64,000 nucleotides of DNA from positions 118,172,001 to 118,236,000 of the forward strand of contig CM126206.1 of the NCBI GenBank assembly GCA_052327205.1, in the 5' to 3' direction. Shown piece after piece: positions 46,983 through 59,436 of the stretch. The first letter of the stretch is position 1. The number at the start of each line of letters is the position of its first letter. The position numbers and the translations under genes are program-made. The stretch comes from Somniosus microcephalus (Eukaryota). Below the pieces are notes generated by a model that saw only the letters and a program-made list of their open reading frames with translations, made no database searches and had not been told where the DNA came from.

Positions 46983-47797
46983 GGGTAGTAGAATGTGAAT
47001 TTTTCACAGAGAATGAACTGATCCATTTCTATCATAATCTAATCATAAAAAGTACCAATACATGTTTTCTTTTTGTATGTTTGCAAAATGAGTTGGGAAG
47101 AATTAAAACATCGGACCCTCGAGGGACCAGACAAGAGGAGACTTTCATCCATCTAGTGTGTGCTGGATTTCAACCTAGTTTCCAGAAATTAAAGACTAGT
47201 GTTTAATCCATTGTCCCTTTCCTAATCCATTGTCCCATTCCTTCTCCATCGTCAGTCCTCTGACCGTAGAGGTCGGCCTTTTCTGTAGCTGCCTCTTGGT
47301 TTTAAATGTCTCCCTTGTTTCTCAGTAATCCAAGCTGGACACATGCATTTTTACTGTTGGCTGGTTGTTGGTGTACTAATACTATTTCTATCAGATGATT
47401 CTCATAAAAGCGCATCAGAATTTAAACATGGTCTATGGTAAACAAGTTATTTATACTTCATTTTAACACTGTTATTTTAAAATGTTCCTGTTGAACATCT
47501 GATATAACACTTTATGCACATCACCAGTTTTTCCAGAAACAAGCTTTTTTTCTATATTTGTTTCTCACGTACTGGGAGTTGTAGCCTCTTTTTACCACTT
47601 TGAAATGATGTGAAGTACACCACAGTCCAGATGCATTACAAGGCTCCATCATGTTGATAGCAACGGTATCTGTAGCGTCTTTAGTGCTGGTTCTGAAAGC
47701 GCTCAGGTCCATTAATGAGTGCTTTAAATGGAGACTGCTGCTCTAATTCCACTATACTGCTTTTTCAGATGTGTTTGCAAGAGGTTAGAAACACTTC

Positions 47798-48628
47798 GGG
47801 GGTGATTTTGCCAATGAGAAGCTTTTGGAGGCGGGACTCCCACTTGTCGGGTTTCAGTCCCGCCTCCATCAACTTCTGGCCAACCCATGCTATTTCCCCT
47901 TGATTGACCTTGTTAAGCTGCCTAGCGGACTTAGCAGGCCAATTAAGGGAAAACTGGTGACAGAACGTCAACGTATGACGTTTCATCTGTCAAAAGCTTT
48001 TGACAGATGAATTGTCACGTTTGACAGCTCTGTGAAGCTGTCAAACGGTGACATTCTCTGTAGTTTGATGAGGTCTTGAATTCAAGACCTCATCAAACCT
48101 CTTTCTTTTGCAGAAATGAGATGGTTGTTGCATTGGCGAATGCAACGGCCATCTGTCATCTCTGCCACGGAGGTGCGAGACTCGCCGCATACCCACCGAT
48201 TGAAGCCTGCAGGAAGAAACCAAGGTAAGTACACTTTTTCTAACACTTTGCACTTACCTCAGATACTCACCTCTCCACACTTGCACCCATCACTTACCTT
48301 CACACCACACTTTTGGACCCCTCCGACCCCCGCAGACCCACTACTCGCCTCGGTGACCCTGGCGGGTTTCGGAGCTTTCGGGAAGCCCGCACTTGTGAGG
48401 GCAAAATGGTGATAAGCCTATTTTCTGCCTGTTAACTACCTGTTAACAGGCAGTTAAATGGCTGTAATCCCTTCCCGCCTCCAAGGAGACGGGACCCAGT
48501 GCGGGACGGCTGTCCACCTCCTGGCAAGATGGCACGGAGGCGGGTTGGGTACCCGCCCCCAAATTCTGCCATTTTCCCGGCAGTCCCGCCTCCATACCCG
48601 CCTCCCCAGGGCTGGCAAGATCGTGCCC
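47798..48628. mobile_element. Harbinger-type MITE (831 bp) with an internal palindrome array
   Basis: Imperfect TIRs GGGGGTGATTTTGCCA and TGGCAAGATCGTGCCC; repeated GGAGGCGGGA/TCCCGCCTCC subterminal motifs at both ends. Confidence 0.75.
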
Positions 48629-50312
48629 ATTGTTGTAAAATAATGGTAGGAGTCTCCACACAAAAATGTTTGATTCTGTATCTTCTTTAGTCTTCAATAT
48701 TTTTCTTCTTATGGTATCCTTTTTAAAAGCATGCTATGTTTATTTTTAAAAAACATTTCTTGTAAATCCCAGAATAACTTGTGAATGGCAATACTAAAAT
48801 CAGTCCTTAAACTTTTAAAAATAGCGTGATCTTAGTGGGAATTTTAATATCCGCAAACCAACCTGTCAATTTAATTTAAGACAGTCTCCTGATGGATTAT
48901 TGTCAAGTGTCCCACATAATCTTGTGCTGATTCCCTACACACTTGGAAGTTTTCATGTTCAGACCACAGTCTCTGCTGAGTTAGTGATCTTACCTGGATT
49001 GACAGCAAGGACAATAAAATTGTTCACGGTGCTCTTGGGTTTGAGAAGAGAAAGAAGTCAGCCAAAGTTCATGTTCCTGATTGCTATGTAGTGATCAGGT
49101 TGGCAAGTTCATGTGTGAACATTAAGCGAAGATGGGATTTGACATATGCTCCCATAGTCAAATTGCCTGCCAGCATTCACTGCCCAGGCTCCTGCATGAA
49201 GGATGGCCTTTTGGGTGAGGTGCTTGAGGACACCCAGCAGGGAACCATAGCCCTGCATGAGTGAGTATCTTTAGGAGAAGTGGGAAGAAAATTGGAGAGT
49301 GAGAAAAATTTGTCTTGCATAAATTTAATACATGAAAATAAAGGCTATTTGTTTTTTTTAGTTCATATAATCGCATTTTATAATTGGAATGTTATTAGAA
49401 TCCAGGTATTTAAATACTGTATTGGTTGAATGCTAATGTAATATATTTTTCAATATATAAAACATATTTGAAATAGCTCCTTAGAAATATTGAATGTATT
49501 GTTGTTGCAAGGTTAACCTTCATACACCTTGCCCTGCCAAAGTAGCGGAAGATTCAGCTGACCAGCAAAAAATATAATTCAGTTTGTTTTCCACCTATTG
49601 CTTTGTTCAATGCAATTATTGGATTATTATATAGAGGGCAGTCTAGAAATGTTTGAGGAAGCTTATCTTGGCAGTAGCCTAATTTTGCAATTGGAACCAC
49701 TTTGAACAATAGAAGCAGCTTGTGCAGCACAGCTGCCAAAGCTCAGGGACTGTAACTGAAATTTATGATCAGCACAGTGACCCAGATTTCAAATGTACTT
49801 CAATACAGAGAGCTGTGCTCATTTCTCAGTGACATATATCAAATTAGTTAATATTTTAAGCAGAAATGAACTACTCTTGATAGGTTTAGTGTGACCCTTG
49901 TTACATCTGTTTGTCATCTGTCCATTTATCCACCCATTCCAGAAGTCTTGCATGTAGCATGCACTGTCTGTAAGTGTGAATTTCATTTGGTAATTCTATT
50001 TCCATCACACCTCCGTCATGATTAAACTTGCCTATTTATTTCATTGAGTCCTCCATGCATGTTTCCAAGATAGATGGTGCTCCTGTATATTTATCTGAAA
50101 CCTCCTAGCTTTGTCTCCAATATAGTTGACATTGTGAGGCTATTGTGCACAGCACCAGCTATCTGGAAGACAAAGTTGAGTTCCAAAGTTGGGATTTTTG
50201 GCTGTCTGCCCCTCCCAGCTGCTACCTCTTGGGGCTGCCATCACCACACCCACAACCCCATCCCTGAGCAGCGACCTGACCCATATCCCCTACCCAAGAA
50301 AATATATTTTTT

Positions 50313-50790
50313 ACATAGAATTACACAGAATATATAGCACAGAAACAAGCCATTCAGCCCAACCAGTCCATGCTGTCATTTATGCTCCACTTGAGTCTCC
50401 TCCCGTCTTTCCTCATCTAACTCTATCAGCATAACCCTCTATTCCCTTCTCCCTTATATAACTATCTAGCCTCCCCTTAACTGCATCTATACTATTCGCC
50501 TCAACCAATCCCTATTGTATCAAGTTCCACATTCTCACCACTCTCTGGGTAAAGAAGTTTCTTCTGAATTCCCTATTTGGTTTCTTGGTGACTATCTTAT
50601 ATTGATGGGCTCTAGTTTTGCTCTTCCCCACAAATGGAAACACTCTCTGTATGTACTCGACCAGAACCTTTCATAATTTTAAAGACCTCTATTGGGTCAC
50701 CCCTCAGCCTTCACTTTTCAAGTGAAAAGAAACCTAGCCTGTTTATCCTTTCCTGATAGGTATAAGCTCGCAATTCTGGGACCACACTTG
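50313..50790 (-). mobile_element. CR1 3' fragment (older subfamily)
   Basis: Tail CATAGAATTACACAGAAT...GCCATTCAGCCC; body TTCCACATTCTCACCACTCTCTGGGTAAAGAAG (FFTQRVVRMWN on minus). Confidence 0.8.
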
Positions 50791-51120
50791 TCTCAACTTT
50801 TCAATTCATTGTTGGCTGCTGTAAGGAACTGGATTAAAGATCTTTACGTGATTAGTGCTTTTAAAATTTTCCTCACTGTTTTGAAATCACTTAAAGAATT
50901 TTAAGCCTATTTCCAGCAATAGCCAGAACATAGTTCTTCACACTTTGGGCCAGGGGTGGGATTGCCAGTCGGGCATTCCCAGCAGTAACCTGAGGAAAGC
51001 TGTATTTTTTTTTTTTTTACTGTGTCTCCCCATCACGTTTCTAAGGGAAAGTCAGAGGAAATAGTGTGTCAGGAAGTATGTATGGTGTGGTCTTGGTGAC
51101 CGTAAGTGATGTTTCGGGTG

Positions 51121-51192
51121 GAATAAAAACAAAAAACGCTGGGAATGCTCAGTAGGTCAGGCAGCATCTGTGCAGGGAGAAACAGAATTAAC
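51121..51192 (-). mobile_element. Distal end of the Penelope terminal repeat, separated from its body by Harbinger D
   Basis: AATAAAAACAAAAAACGCTGGGAATGCTCAGTAGGTCAGGCAGCATCTGTG...AATTAAC continues at 54547 as AACGTTTC, in the same order as the uninterrupted copy at 43445-43550. Confidence 0.8.
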
Positions 51193-54100
51193 GGGCTGAA
51201 TTTTACGTGGTGGTGATCGGTGACGGGTTGGGTGGGAAAGTTTTTTTTGACAGCGGGTTCCCAACCCACTGTCAACTCGCTCCCACGCACCTTTCCCACA
51301 GGCGCATCTGTCAGCGTGGAGCTGACCCGACCTGCAGCAGCGGGGGACCCAATTGAGGTAATTATCAGGTACTTTACAGGCATTTAAGAGCCTTTTTCCC
51401 CCTACTTTTTAAATTTCCCTGCCTGGCCACGGGCTTCATACAGCTCGGGAACCACATCTGTCAACCTGAGGCGTGAGTTCCGTGGCCATTGCTCCAGCTG
51501 ATTACTTGACAGCATGAAAAACAAACCAAAATAAAATCATATTGATTGCATCAGCTAACAGATTGATGGAGATTCTGTACTACTTGAAAAGCTGCTGGTA
51601 AATGTTAATTTTTCACTGGCCATTCTCGGCTGTTGCCTTCCAACTGACACAGTAATTGCAGTGAATTGATCTGCACTATAAAAAATGACATATGCCATTT
51701 AAATAAATGTTTATGCTGTTTCTGGTCATGTTTCTCTCACAGTATACTGTGATTGTCCAGTAACACATTAAATCAAGTCATCAACCGTAACAATTTCATT
51801 CATTCCACTGGTTCAGTTTGCTTTCAGTTCCTGAATATGACTGATTTAATTTTTCAGTCTGAGATTTTACGGTGAATTTCTGCAGAGGTTATCTCACTTG
51901 TCCATTGTTAACTTCAACAGAAGAGCTGCAGAAATCCCAGAAACACATAAGCACCACTTACACTGTTTGTCAGGGATTCTACAGCTGTTCCGCTTAATTT
52001 GCATAAGATTGTAAATCCACCCCTTTACAATTACATTTAAAATCTGCTTAATTTTATGTCTTACCTATGTACACACATCTTTTATTTGTACCAGTTACTG
52101 ATACAGAAGTCTATAGATTTATGACTAAAGCACCAATAACTTCCCAATTAATGTACTTTTTTAATTATGTTCTTGATTGTATTTGTAGAGGAGTCATATT
52201 ACTTAATATTTAAATATTTCTTTGCCACTCATATAAGAACATAAGAAATAGGAGCAGTAGTAGGCCATTCAGCCCTTTGAGCCTGCTCCGCCATTCAATC
52301 AGATCATGGCTGATCTCCTGCCTCAACGCCATTCACCGACCCTATCGCCATATCCCTTGATGCCCGTACTAGTCAGAAATCGATCGACTTCTGTTTTAAA
52401 TATACCCAATGACTTAGCCTCCACAGCCCTCTGGGGTAGAGAATTCCAAAGATTCACCACCCTCTGTGTGAAGAAATTTTTTCTCATCTCAGTCCTGAAT
52501 GGCCTACCCTTTATCTTGAGGCTGTAGCCCCTGGTTCTAGACTCCCCAGCCAAGGGAAACATTCTCCCAGCATCCATCCTATCAAGCCCTGTAATAATTT
52601 TGTATGCTTCAATGAGATCCCCTCTCATTCTTCTGAATTCAAGAGAATACAGGCCTAGTTTACTCAATCTCTTCTCATACGACAGTCCCGCCATCCCAGG
52701 AATCAATCTCGTGAACCTTCGTTGCACACCCTCTATGACAAGTATATCCTTCCTTAGGTAAGGAGACCAAAATTGTACACAGTACTCCAGGTGTGGTCTC
52801 ACCAAGGTCCTATATAATTGGAGTAAGACTTCTTTACTCCTGTACTCAATCCTCTTGTAATGAAGGCCAGCATACTATTTGCCTTCCTAATGGCTTGCTG
52901 CACCTGCACATTCACTTTCAGTGACTCATGTACAAGGATACCCAGGTGCCTTTGAGCATCTGCATTCCCCAATCTTTCACCATTTAGGAAATACTCTGCC
53001 TTTCTGTTTTTTCTACCAAAGTGGATAACTTCACATTTATCCACATTATAATCCATCTGCCATGTTCTTGCCCACTCACTGAGCCTGTCAAGATCCCCTT
53101 GAAGCCTCTTCACATCCTCTTCACAACTGACACTGCCACCTAGCTTTGTATCATCAGCAAATTTGAAAATGTTACATTTAGTCCCCTCATCCAAATCATT
53201 GATATAGATTGTGAATAGCTGGGGCCCAAGCACCGACCCTTGCGGTACCCCACTAGTCACAGCCTGCCAGCCTGAAAAAGACCCGTTTATCCCTACTCTT
53301 TGTTTTCTGTCTGTTAACCAATTCTCAATCCATGCTCGTATATTACCCCCAATTCCATGTGCCCTAATTTTGTTCACCAACCTATTGTGTGAGACCTTAT
53401 CGAAGGCCTTCTGAAAATCCAGATACACCACATCTACCAGTTCCCCTTTGTACTCCACTAATTACATCCTCAAAAGAACTCCAATAGGTTTGTCAAACAG
53501 GACTTCCCTTTCATAAATCCATGTTGACTCTGCCCAATCTTACTATTAGTTTCTAAGTGCCCAGTTATTGCATCCTTTATAATAGATTCCAGCATTTTCC
53601 CAACTACTGATGTGAGGCTACCATTCCCCGTTTTCTCGCTCCCTCCTTTCTTAAATAGTGGGGTTACATTTGCTATCCTGCAATCTGCAGGAACCGTTCC
53701 AGAATCTATAGAATTTTGGAAGATGACAACTAATGCGTCCACTATTCCAATGGCCACCTCTATCAAAACCCTAGGATGTAGGTCATCCAGTCTTTGGAAT
53801 TTATCGACTTTTACTCTCGTTAATTTTGCTAGTACTGTTTTTTTACTAATAATAAGTTCTTTAAGTTCCTCATTCTCGTCACACCCTTGGTTTTCTCGTA
53901 TTTCTGGGCGTTTTTTTGTGTCTTCCTCCGCGAAGACAGAAACAAAGTATTTATTTAATTTCGCTACCATTTTCTTATTCCCCATTATAAATTCTCCCGT
54001 CTCTGACTGTAAAGGACCTACATTTGCCTTCACCAGTCTTTTCCTTTTCACATGCCTATAGAAGCTTTTACAATCCGTTTTTATATTTTTCACTAGTTTG

Positions 54101-54546
54101 TGCTCATATTCCATTTTCCCTTTCTTTATCAATTTCTTGGTCCCACTTTGCTGATTTCTAAAAAGATCCTAATCCTCAGGCTGACCGTTTTTTCTGGCAA
54201 CTTTATAAGTTTCCTCCTTTGACTTAATACTAGCTTTAATTTCTTTTGTCAGCCATATAACTTTTATTATATGATCATACAGTAAAGATTCAACACCCAC
54301 TATGTTAGATTGAACTTAAAATTTAATGTGGCCAGGGTCCCTTTAAGGATCCCTACTTAAAACACGTCATGAGTGACGTCATCAGATCCGCTCCATCTCA
54401 TTGGGCTGGATAATGTGCTGGGCAGGCTTAATAGGCCCCATTAAGGCAAGTTCATTCTGTACAGCAGGATGAAGGCAGCAGTGGGGTCATGTCCTGCCGT
54501 GGACACCGGCTGCACTGTACCCGCCAAGGTAAGGTAAATTCTGGCC
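51193..54546. mobile_element. Non-autonomous Harbinger D (family X, copy 3) containing a CR1
   Basis: TIRs GGGCTGAATTTT and TAAATTCTGGCC; TSD AAC at 51190-51192 and 54547-54549. Left arm is homologous to 5663-5965; right arm to 7135-7353 and 2085-2302. Confidence 0.85.
52232..54256 (-). mobile_element. 5'-truncated CR1 LINE (2 kb of ORF2 plus 3' UTR)
   Basis: ORFs 53470-54132, 52799-53458 ([14 protein letters not shown]) and 52323-52805 (RPHLEYC); tail CATATAAGAACATAAGAA. Confidence 0.95.
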
Positions 54547-54582
54547 AACGTTTCAAATCATTGACCTTTCATCAGAACTGGC
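54547..54582 (-). ncRNA. Minimal type-I hammerhead ribozyme of the Penelope terminal repeat, interrupted
   Basis: Minus strand CCAGTT-CTGATGA-AAGGTCAATGATTT-GAAAC-GTT; the 3' strand of stem I (AATT) now lies at 51186-51189. Confidence 0.72.
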
Positions 54583-56480
54583 AAAGGTTAGTGATGTAAC
54601 CGGTTTTAAGCAAGTACAGGGGCAGGGAAAGGGTGGGAGGGGAGGGGAAGATAGAACCAAAGGGAAGGTCTGTGATAGGGTGGAAGGCAGGAGCGATTAA
54701 ATGATGAAAAGGATGATGGTGCAAGGTAAAAGGGGGTGGTAATAGGACAAGAAAAGAAAAGTTACAAGTACAGGTGTTGCATCTCCTGCGCTTGCACGCG
54801 ATGGTGCTGTGGGATGGGGAGAGGTGTTAGGGTTGATTGAAGAGTGGATCAGGGTGTCGCAGAGGGAATGTTCCCTTCGGAATATTGAAAGGGGAGGGGA
54901 GGGGAAGATGTGTTTGGTGGTTACTTCGTGCTGGAGGTGGTGGAAATGGCGGAGAATGATCTGGAGGCTGGTGGGGTGGAAGGTGAGGACAAGGGGAGCC
55001 CTATAGTGGTTCTGGGAGGGAGAGGAAGGGGTGAGAGCAGAAGTGTGATAAATGGAACGGATGCGGTTGAGGGCCCTGTTAACCATGGTGGAGGGGAATC
55101 CCTGGTTGAGGAAAAAGGAAGCCGTATCGGAAGCACTGGTATGGAAGGTGACATCGTCAGAACAGATGCGATGGAGACGGAGAAACTGAGAGAATGGAAT
55201 AGAGTCCTTTCGGAAAGCAAGGTGGGAGGAAGTGTAATCAAGGTAGTTGTGAGATTATCGTAGATATCAGTCGACAGCCTATTTCCAAAAATAGAGAAGT
55301 TGAGGAAGAAGAGTCAGAGATGACCATGTGAAAGTGAGGGAGGGATGGAAATTGGAAACAAAGTTGATTACATTTTCTAGTTTGGGGCGAGAGCAGAAAG
55401 CTTCACCAATATAGTCATCAGTGTACCTGAAAGAGTGAGGGAGAGGACACAAATAGAACTGGAACAAAGAATGTTCCACGTACCCCACAAAAATGCAAAC
55501 ATAGCTAGGACCCATATGGGTTCCCATAGCAACACCTTTTATTTGGAGGAAGTGAGTGGAGTCAAAGGAGAAGTTGTTCAATGTAAGAACAAGTTCAGTC
55601 AGACGGAGGAGGGTGGTAGATGGGGACTGGTTGGGCCTCCATTCAAGGAAGAAGCGGAGCACCCTAAGGCTGTCCTGGTGGGGGATGGAGGTGTAAAGAG
55701 ATTGGACGTATATGATGAAAAGGAGACGGTTAGGGCCAGGAAACTGGAAACTGTTAAAGTGGGTGAGGGCATCCGAACAGTTGCGGATGTAGGTGGGAAG
55801 AGGCTGAACAAGGGGAGAAAAAATAGAGTCGAGATAGGAAGAGATAAGTTCTGAGAGGCAAGAACAGGCTGAAACAATGGGTCTACCAGGGCAGTCCTAT
55901 TTGTGGATCTTGTGAAGAAGGTAGAAATGGGCTGTGCGGGGTTGGGGGATTGAGGTTGGAGGCCATAGAGGGGAGATCTCCAGGGGAAATGAGGTCAGTG
56001 ACAGCCTGGGAAATGGTGACTTGATGTTTGGTGGTGGGGTGATGGTCCAGGGGGAGATAGGAGGAGGTGTCAGAGAGTTGGCGTTCAGCCTCCGCAAGAT
56101 AGATGTCAGTGCACCAGACAACAACAGCGTCACCCTTGTCAGCAGGTTTAATGACAATGTTAGGGTTGGACCTGAGAGAATGGAGTGCTGCAAGTTCAGA
56201 GGGAGGTAGGTTAGAGTGAGTGACCAGAGTAGGATGGGACTGGGAAAGTGAGGTGTATAGGAGGGTATGCAGTAGCTGTGGGAAAGTATGAGTAGTTGGG
56301 GAGGAAAATATTGAAAATTTGGTGCAGGAAGGATAATTGAAGTACAACGCTGAGCAGTGAAGTGGTATTGAGTAGATGAGAGGGTGGACTATACTGTAGG
56401 TTGTGAATATTTAGGTGATTGAGGATAAGTGACTTGGGTAGGATGAATTCTGAAACTTTAGCAGTGAAATTAGAGATGTT
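54547..56480 (-). mobile_element. Penelope-like retroelement, decayed
   Basis: IVIKPADKGDAVVVW...YLAEAERQLSDTSSY; PQPRTAHFYLLHKIHK; LVLTLNNFSFDSTHFLQIKGVAMGTHMGPSY; FRYTDD; PLVLTFHP. These are characteristic Penelope RT motifs. The GIY-YIG part appears deleted. The 5' boundary is uncertain and may extend to about 57400. Confidence 0.9.
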
Positions 56481-56611
56481 AAGAAATTAAGTTATTACAG
56501 AAAGCTAATTTGTGAGAATTTGTAAAGTAGAATAACTTGTGTGTGCTTAGTAGATATGGAGGGTGTTCTGCTGAAGTGTAAGAGGATTTTATTTTTAAAA
56601 AGGTAACCTTG

Positions 56612-56631
56612 GTGTGTGTGTGTGTGTGTGT
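56612..56631. repeat. (GT)n microsatellite
   Basis: About 10 GT units. Confidence 0.9.
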
Positions 56632-57615
56632 CATGCAGTTTGATAAGGGGCTCAGTGACTCTGTGAAAAGGCTGGACTGTGGCTGCTATCTTGACTATCC
56701 ATGCCATTAAGGTTCCATTCAGAGTGGGCTTTGGAGCTTTTAGTAGTCTCTGGTTTCTGTATGTGCAGCCCCACAAGAATTATAAATCAGCCAGTTGCAG
56801 TAGACGGACTGATCTAATTGGGGAAATGGAGCAAAGGGCTAGGGAAGAGTGTGAAGTGGCGAAGAGAAGCGATGAGAAGAAGAATAGAAACGGCCTAAAG
56901 TAGAACAGGAATAGCATGAAGCAGCACAGGCAGTTGGTGAGAAGGGAGAGTGGGACCCAAGGTGAGGTTGGGATGGAAGCCTTCAAGAGTAGGGAACAAA
57001 TGTATTTAGTAGCTGGAGCAAAAGCGGGTGCAGGAGTTGCGGCTGGTAGGCGACCCCAGAGACACTTTTTTGTACAATATTTGGAGCTGGGGGGTCAAAG
57101 GCTTTCAGGTGTGAGGCCTGATAGCTCAGCTGGAGGATCATTTGTTTTTGAGCAAGAGAGCAGGAACCTGGAGATAGGAACAAGGCAGGAGGCCTACATT
57201 TAAAAAAAAATCAGTCTCGGTTAGGCAACAGGGTTGGAGAGAGGGGCCTTTGGTGCTTTCCGACAGGACTGGGCACACAGCAGAGGGGAAACTGATTTTT
57301 TTTAAAACTAGTTGGTCTTCCGTGATGTTGCACATGGGGAGTCAAGACCAAGTACAGTCTTCAGGTCAAGCAGTAGGGAATAATTGTAACAAGGCCATGG
57401 AATAACTAACGATGGAGGCCAGAAGAGGTCCAAATGAGAAGGTAACGGGGGTTGGGAAGGTATTGGAGGATCACTCAAAATGCTTTTTAAAAAAAAAAAA
57501 GTCTTTTTTTCTTGGTAACTTAAATTTATAATGTCCAAATAAGGTTTTAATCCAAGTGAAAACATTAAGAAAATTATATTTCACAAAAACATGATTAAAA
57601 GTCAGAAAAGACAAT

Positions 57616-58324
57616 GGCCTAGAAATTCGGTGGGCTGCGCCACCAGTTAGCGCCTAAAGAGGGCACTCAGTGGCTTTAGCGCCACTGGCCATGCCTCCCG
57701 TGATATTTAGCTGGGGCGCTAATGGCGGCGTTAGCCTGTTGCGCTGCGCCGCAACCGATGACGTCATCGGTGTGCGCAGCGCCCCGCTACCGCCCCGATC
57801 ACGATATTTGGTAGCGCCACCTCTGTAGCGCCGTTCGCAAATCGCGCCCGGTTCACGGGGCCTACCTGTGGCGGGAGTGGCGCAAATTAAGGTGGAGGTG
57901 CGGGGCGGCCGTTTTTTTCAGCGGCCGCCTGCCAGCACCTCCGTCCCCGGCCTCCTGATCTCCCCCCGCGGCAGTGCCGGCTGTTTTCCGAGAGCCTGGC
58001 ACTTCTCCTCGGTGCCGGGCTCTTTTGCCAGCACTCGCGATCTCTGATCACGCTGGTGCAGGCCCCTCCCCCTTAAGAATGGGAGGAAGGCCTACAGTAC
58101 CGCAGCGTGCCATGCCGCAGCGTGTAGCGGTGCGGCACGTTGCGCTGCGATATTCAGTTTCAGCGCCCTAAGAGGGACGCGGAGCGCCTCGAGCAGCGCC
58201 CCGTGTCCCTCTTAGGGCGCACAAGCTGAATTTCCAGCGGTCGCAACTGCTCCGATCGCAGCGGTAATTCCGGCGCCCAGGCGAGCTGGGCGCCCCGTTT
58301 GCGGCTCCCTCGAATTTCTCCCCC
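57616..58324. mobile_element. GC-rich Harbinger MITE (709 bp)
   Basis: TIRs GGCCTAGAAATTCG and CGAATTTCTCCCCC; TSD AAT; many AGCGCC/GGCGCT motifs; second copy at 63649. Confidence 0.88.
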
Positions 58325-58770
58325 AATAAATTTAATGTTTCTGTTAAAGACTTTACTAAAAGGCTTCAGAACTTCGCTTCATCTGGTTATCTTTTCTCAT
58401 GAGCAAGTGTTTCTAACCACATCTGTGAATTCTGAACATGTGTAGAATGTTCCGGTATGCATCAGTAGGTTTCTAACTTGAAGTAAAGGGAGCACCCCCT
58501 CATCGTGTGAAGGTTTGAGTGTTTCTTTGTTTTTTTGCAAAAGACTTTGAAACAAATTAGTGATTGATTCCCCAAAGATTCATATCAGGTAAAGTTTATA
58601 CAGAGTGTTTCTTTTTAAACTGGGGGAGGTGATGGGAGGGGGGGCAGGAGCGGGTGGGGGGAAGAGGGGGAAGTGAAGGGGTAAAGAGAAATATATAGAT
58701 CACCATTTAAAAAATGACAATGTACTGATTGCACACACTAGCTTTTGATTGCAATGAAATTATAAATGTT

Positions 58771-58925
58771 GGGGTTGATTTCCCGCTTTGGGTGCAATCT
58801 AGAAATGGGCGCAAATTGCGCCCAAAATTGCGTCTGTTTTGAAAAGTGTTTTTCTCCCCGAGTTTCCGATCAAACGCACTCGCCGAAGGCAAAATCTGCC
58901 ATGACCCAGCGCAATTGGGCAGCGT
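58771..58925 (+). mobile_element. MITE-like terminal fragment
   Basis: Starts GGGGTTGATTTC; palindrome GGGCGCAAATTGCGCCC; homologous to 35395-35548. Confidence 0.55.
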
Positions 58926-59436
58926 TTTGGAACGTAATTTAAAAAAAAATGTAATTACATTTTAAAAAATATTCCTTGATATAATTAAGAGTGGTAACTT
59001 GGTGAAGTTTGATTAATACAGCTGAAAATGGATTTATTGCAAAAAAAATAAGCATTTTAATCACAGTATCAATCCAGGCCATTCAATTTTTTCTTCGTAA
59101 TAGAAAAGTCAAATTGTGTCTCTGACCAAAAGGATTTAAATGTAAACTGGATGGTGTTTGAGTAGGTTTTTAAATAAAAACTATTGATATTTTTACTTCG
59201 AGAAGCATATCCAGCAGAGAGAGAATATCTTTCTTCATCCAAATTTGAGTCTTCAGACTTTTAATATTATTTAATTTCTACCTTTGTGCAATCTACTGTT
59301 CATGTTCCAGAGTCAAGACCTTCAATGGAAACCTGTACCTGAAATGCTACAGGAATTGGTACATTTTGTTTCCTAACATCATGTTTAATCAGCTACAGTA
59401 CCTTCATTACACCACCTTTTTGACCTTATTAAAAGC

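Noticed and set aside
47610-47745. Short hydrophobic frame (IMLIATVSVASLVLVLKAL) as a transmembrane exon
   Set aside because: Bounded by stops, with no convincing acceptor site.
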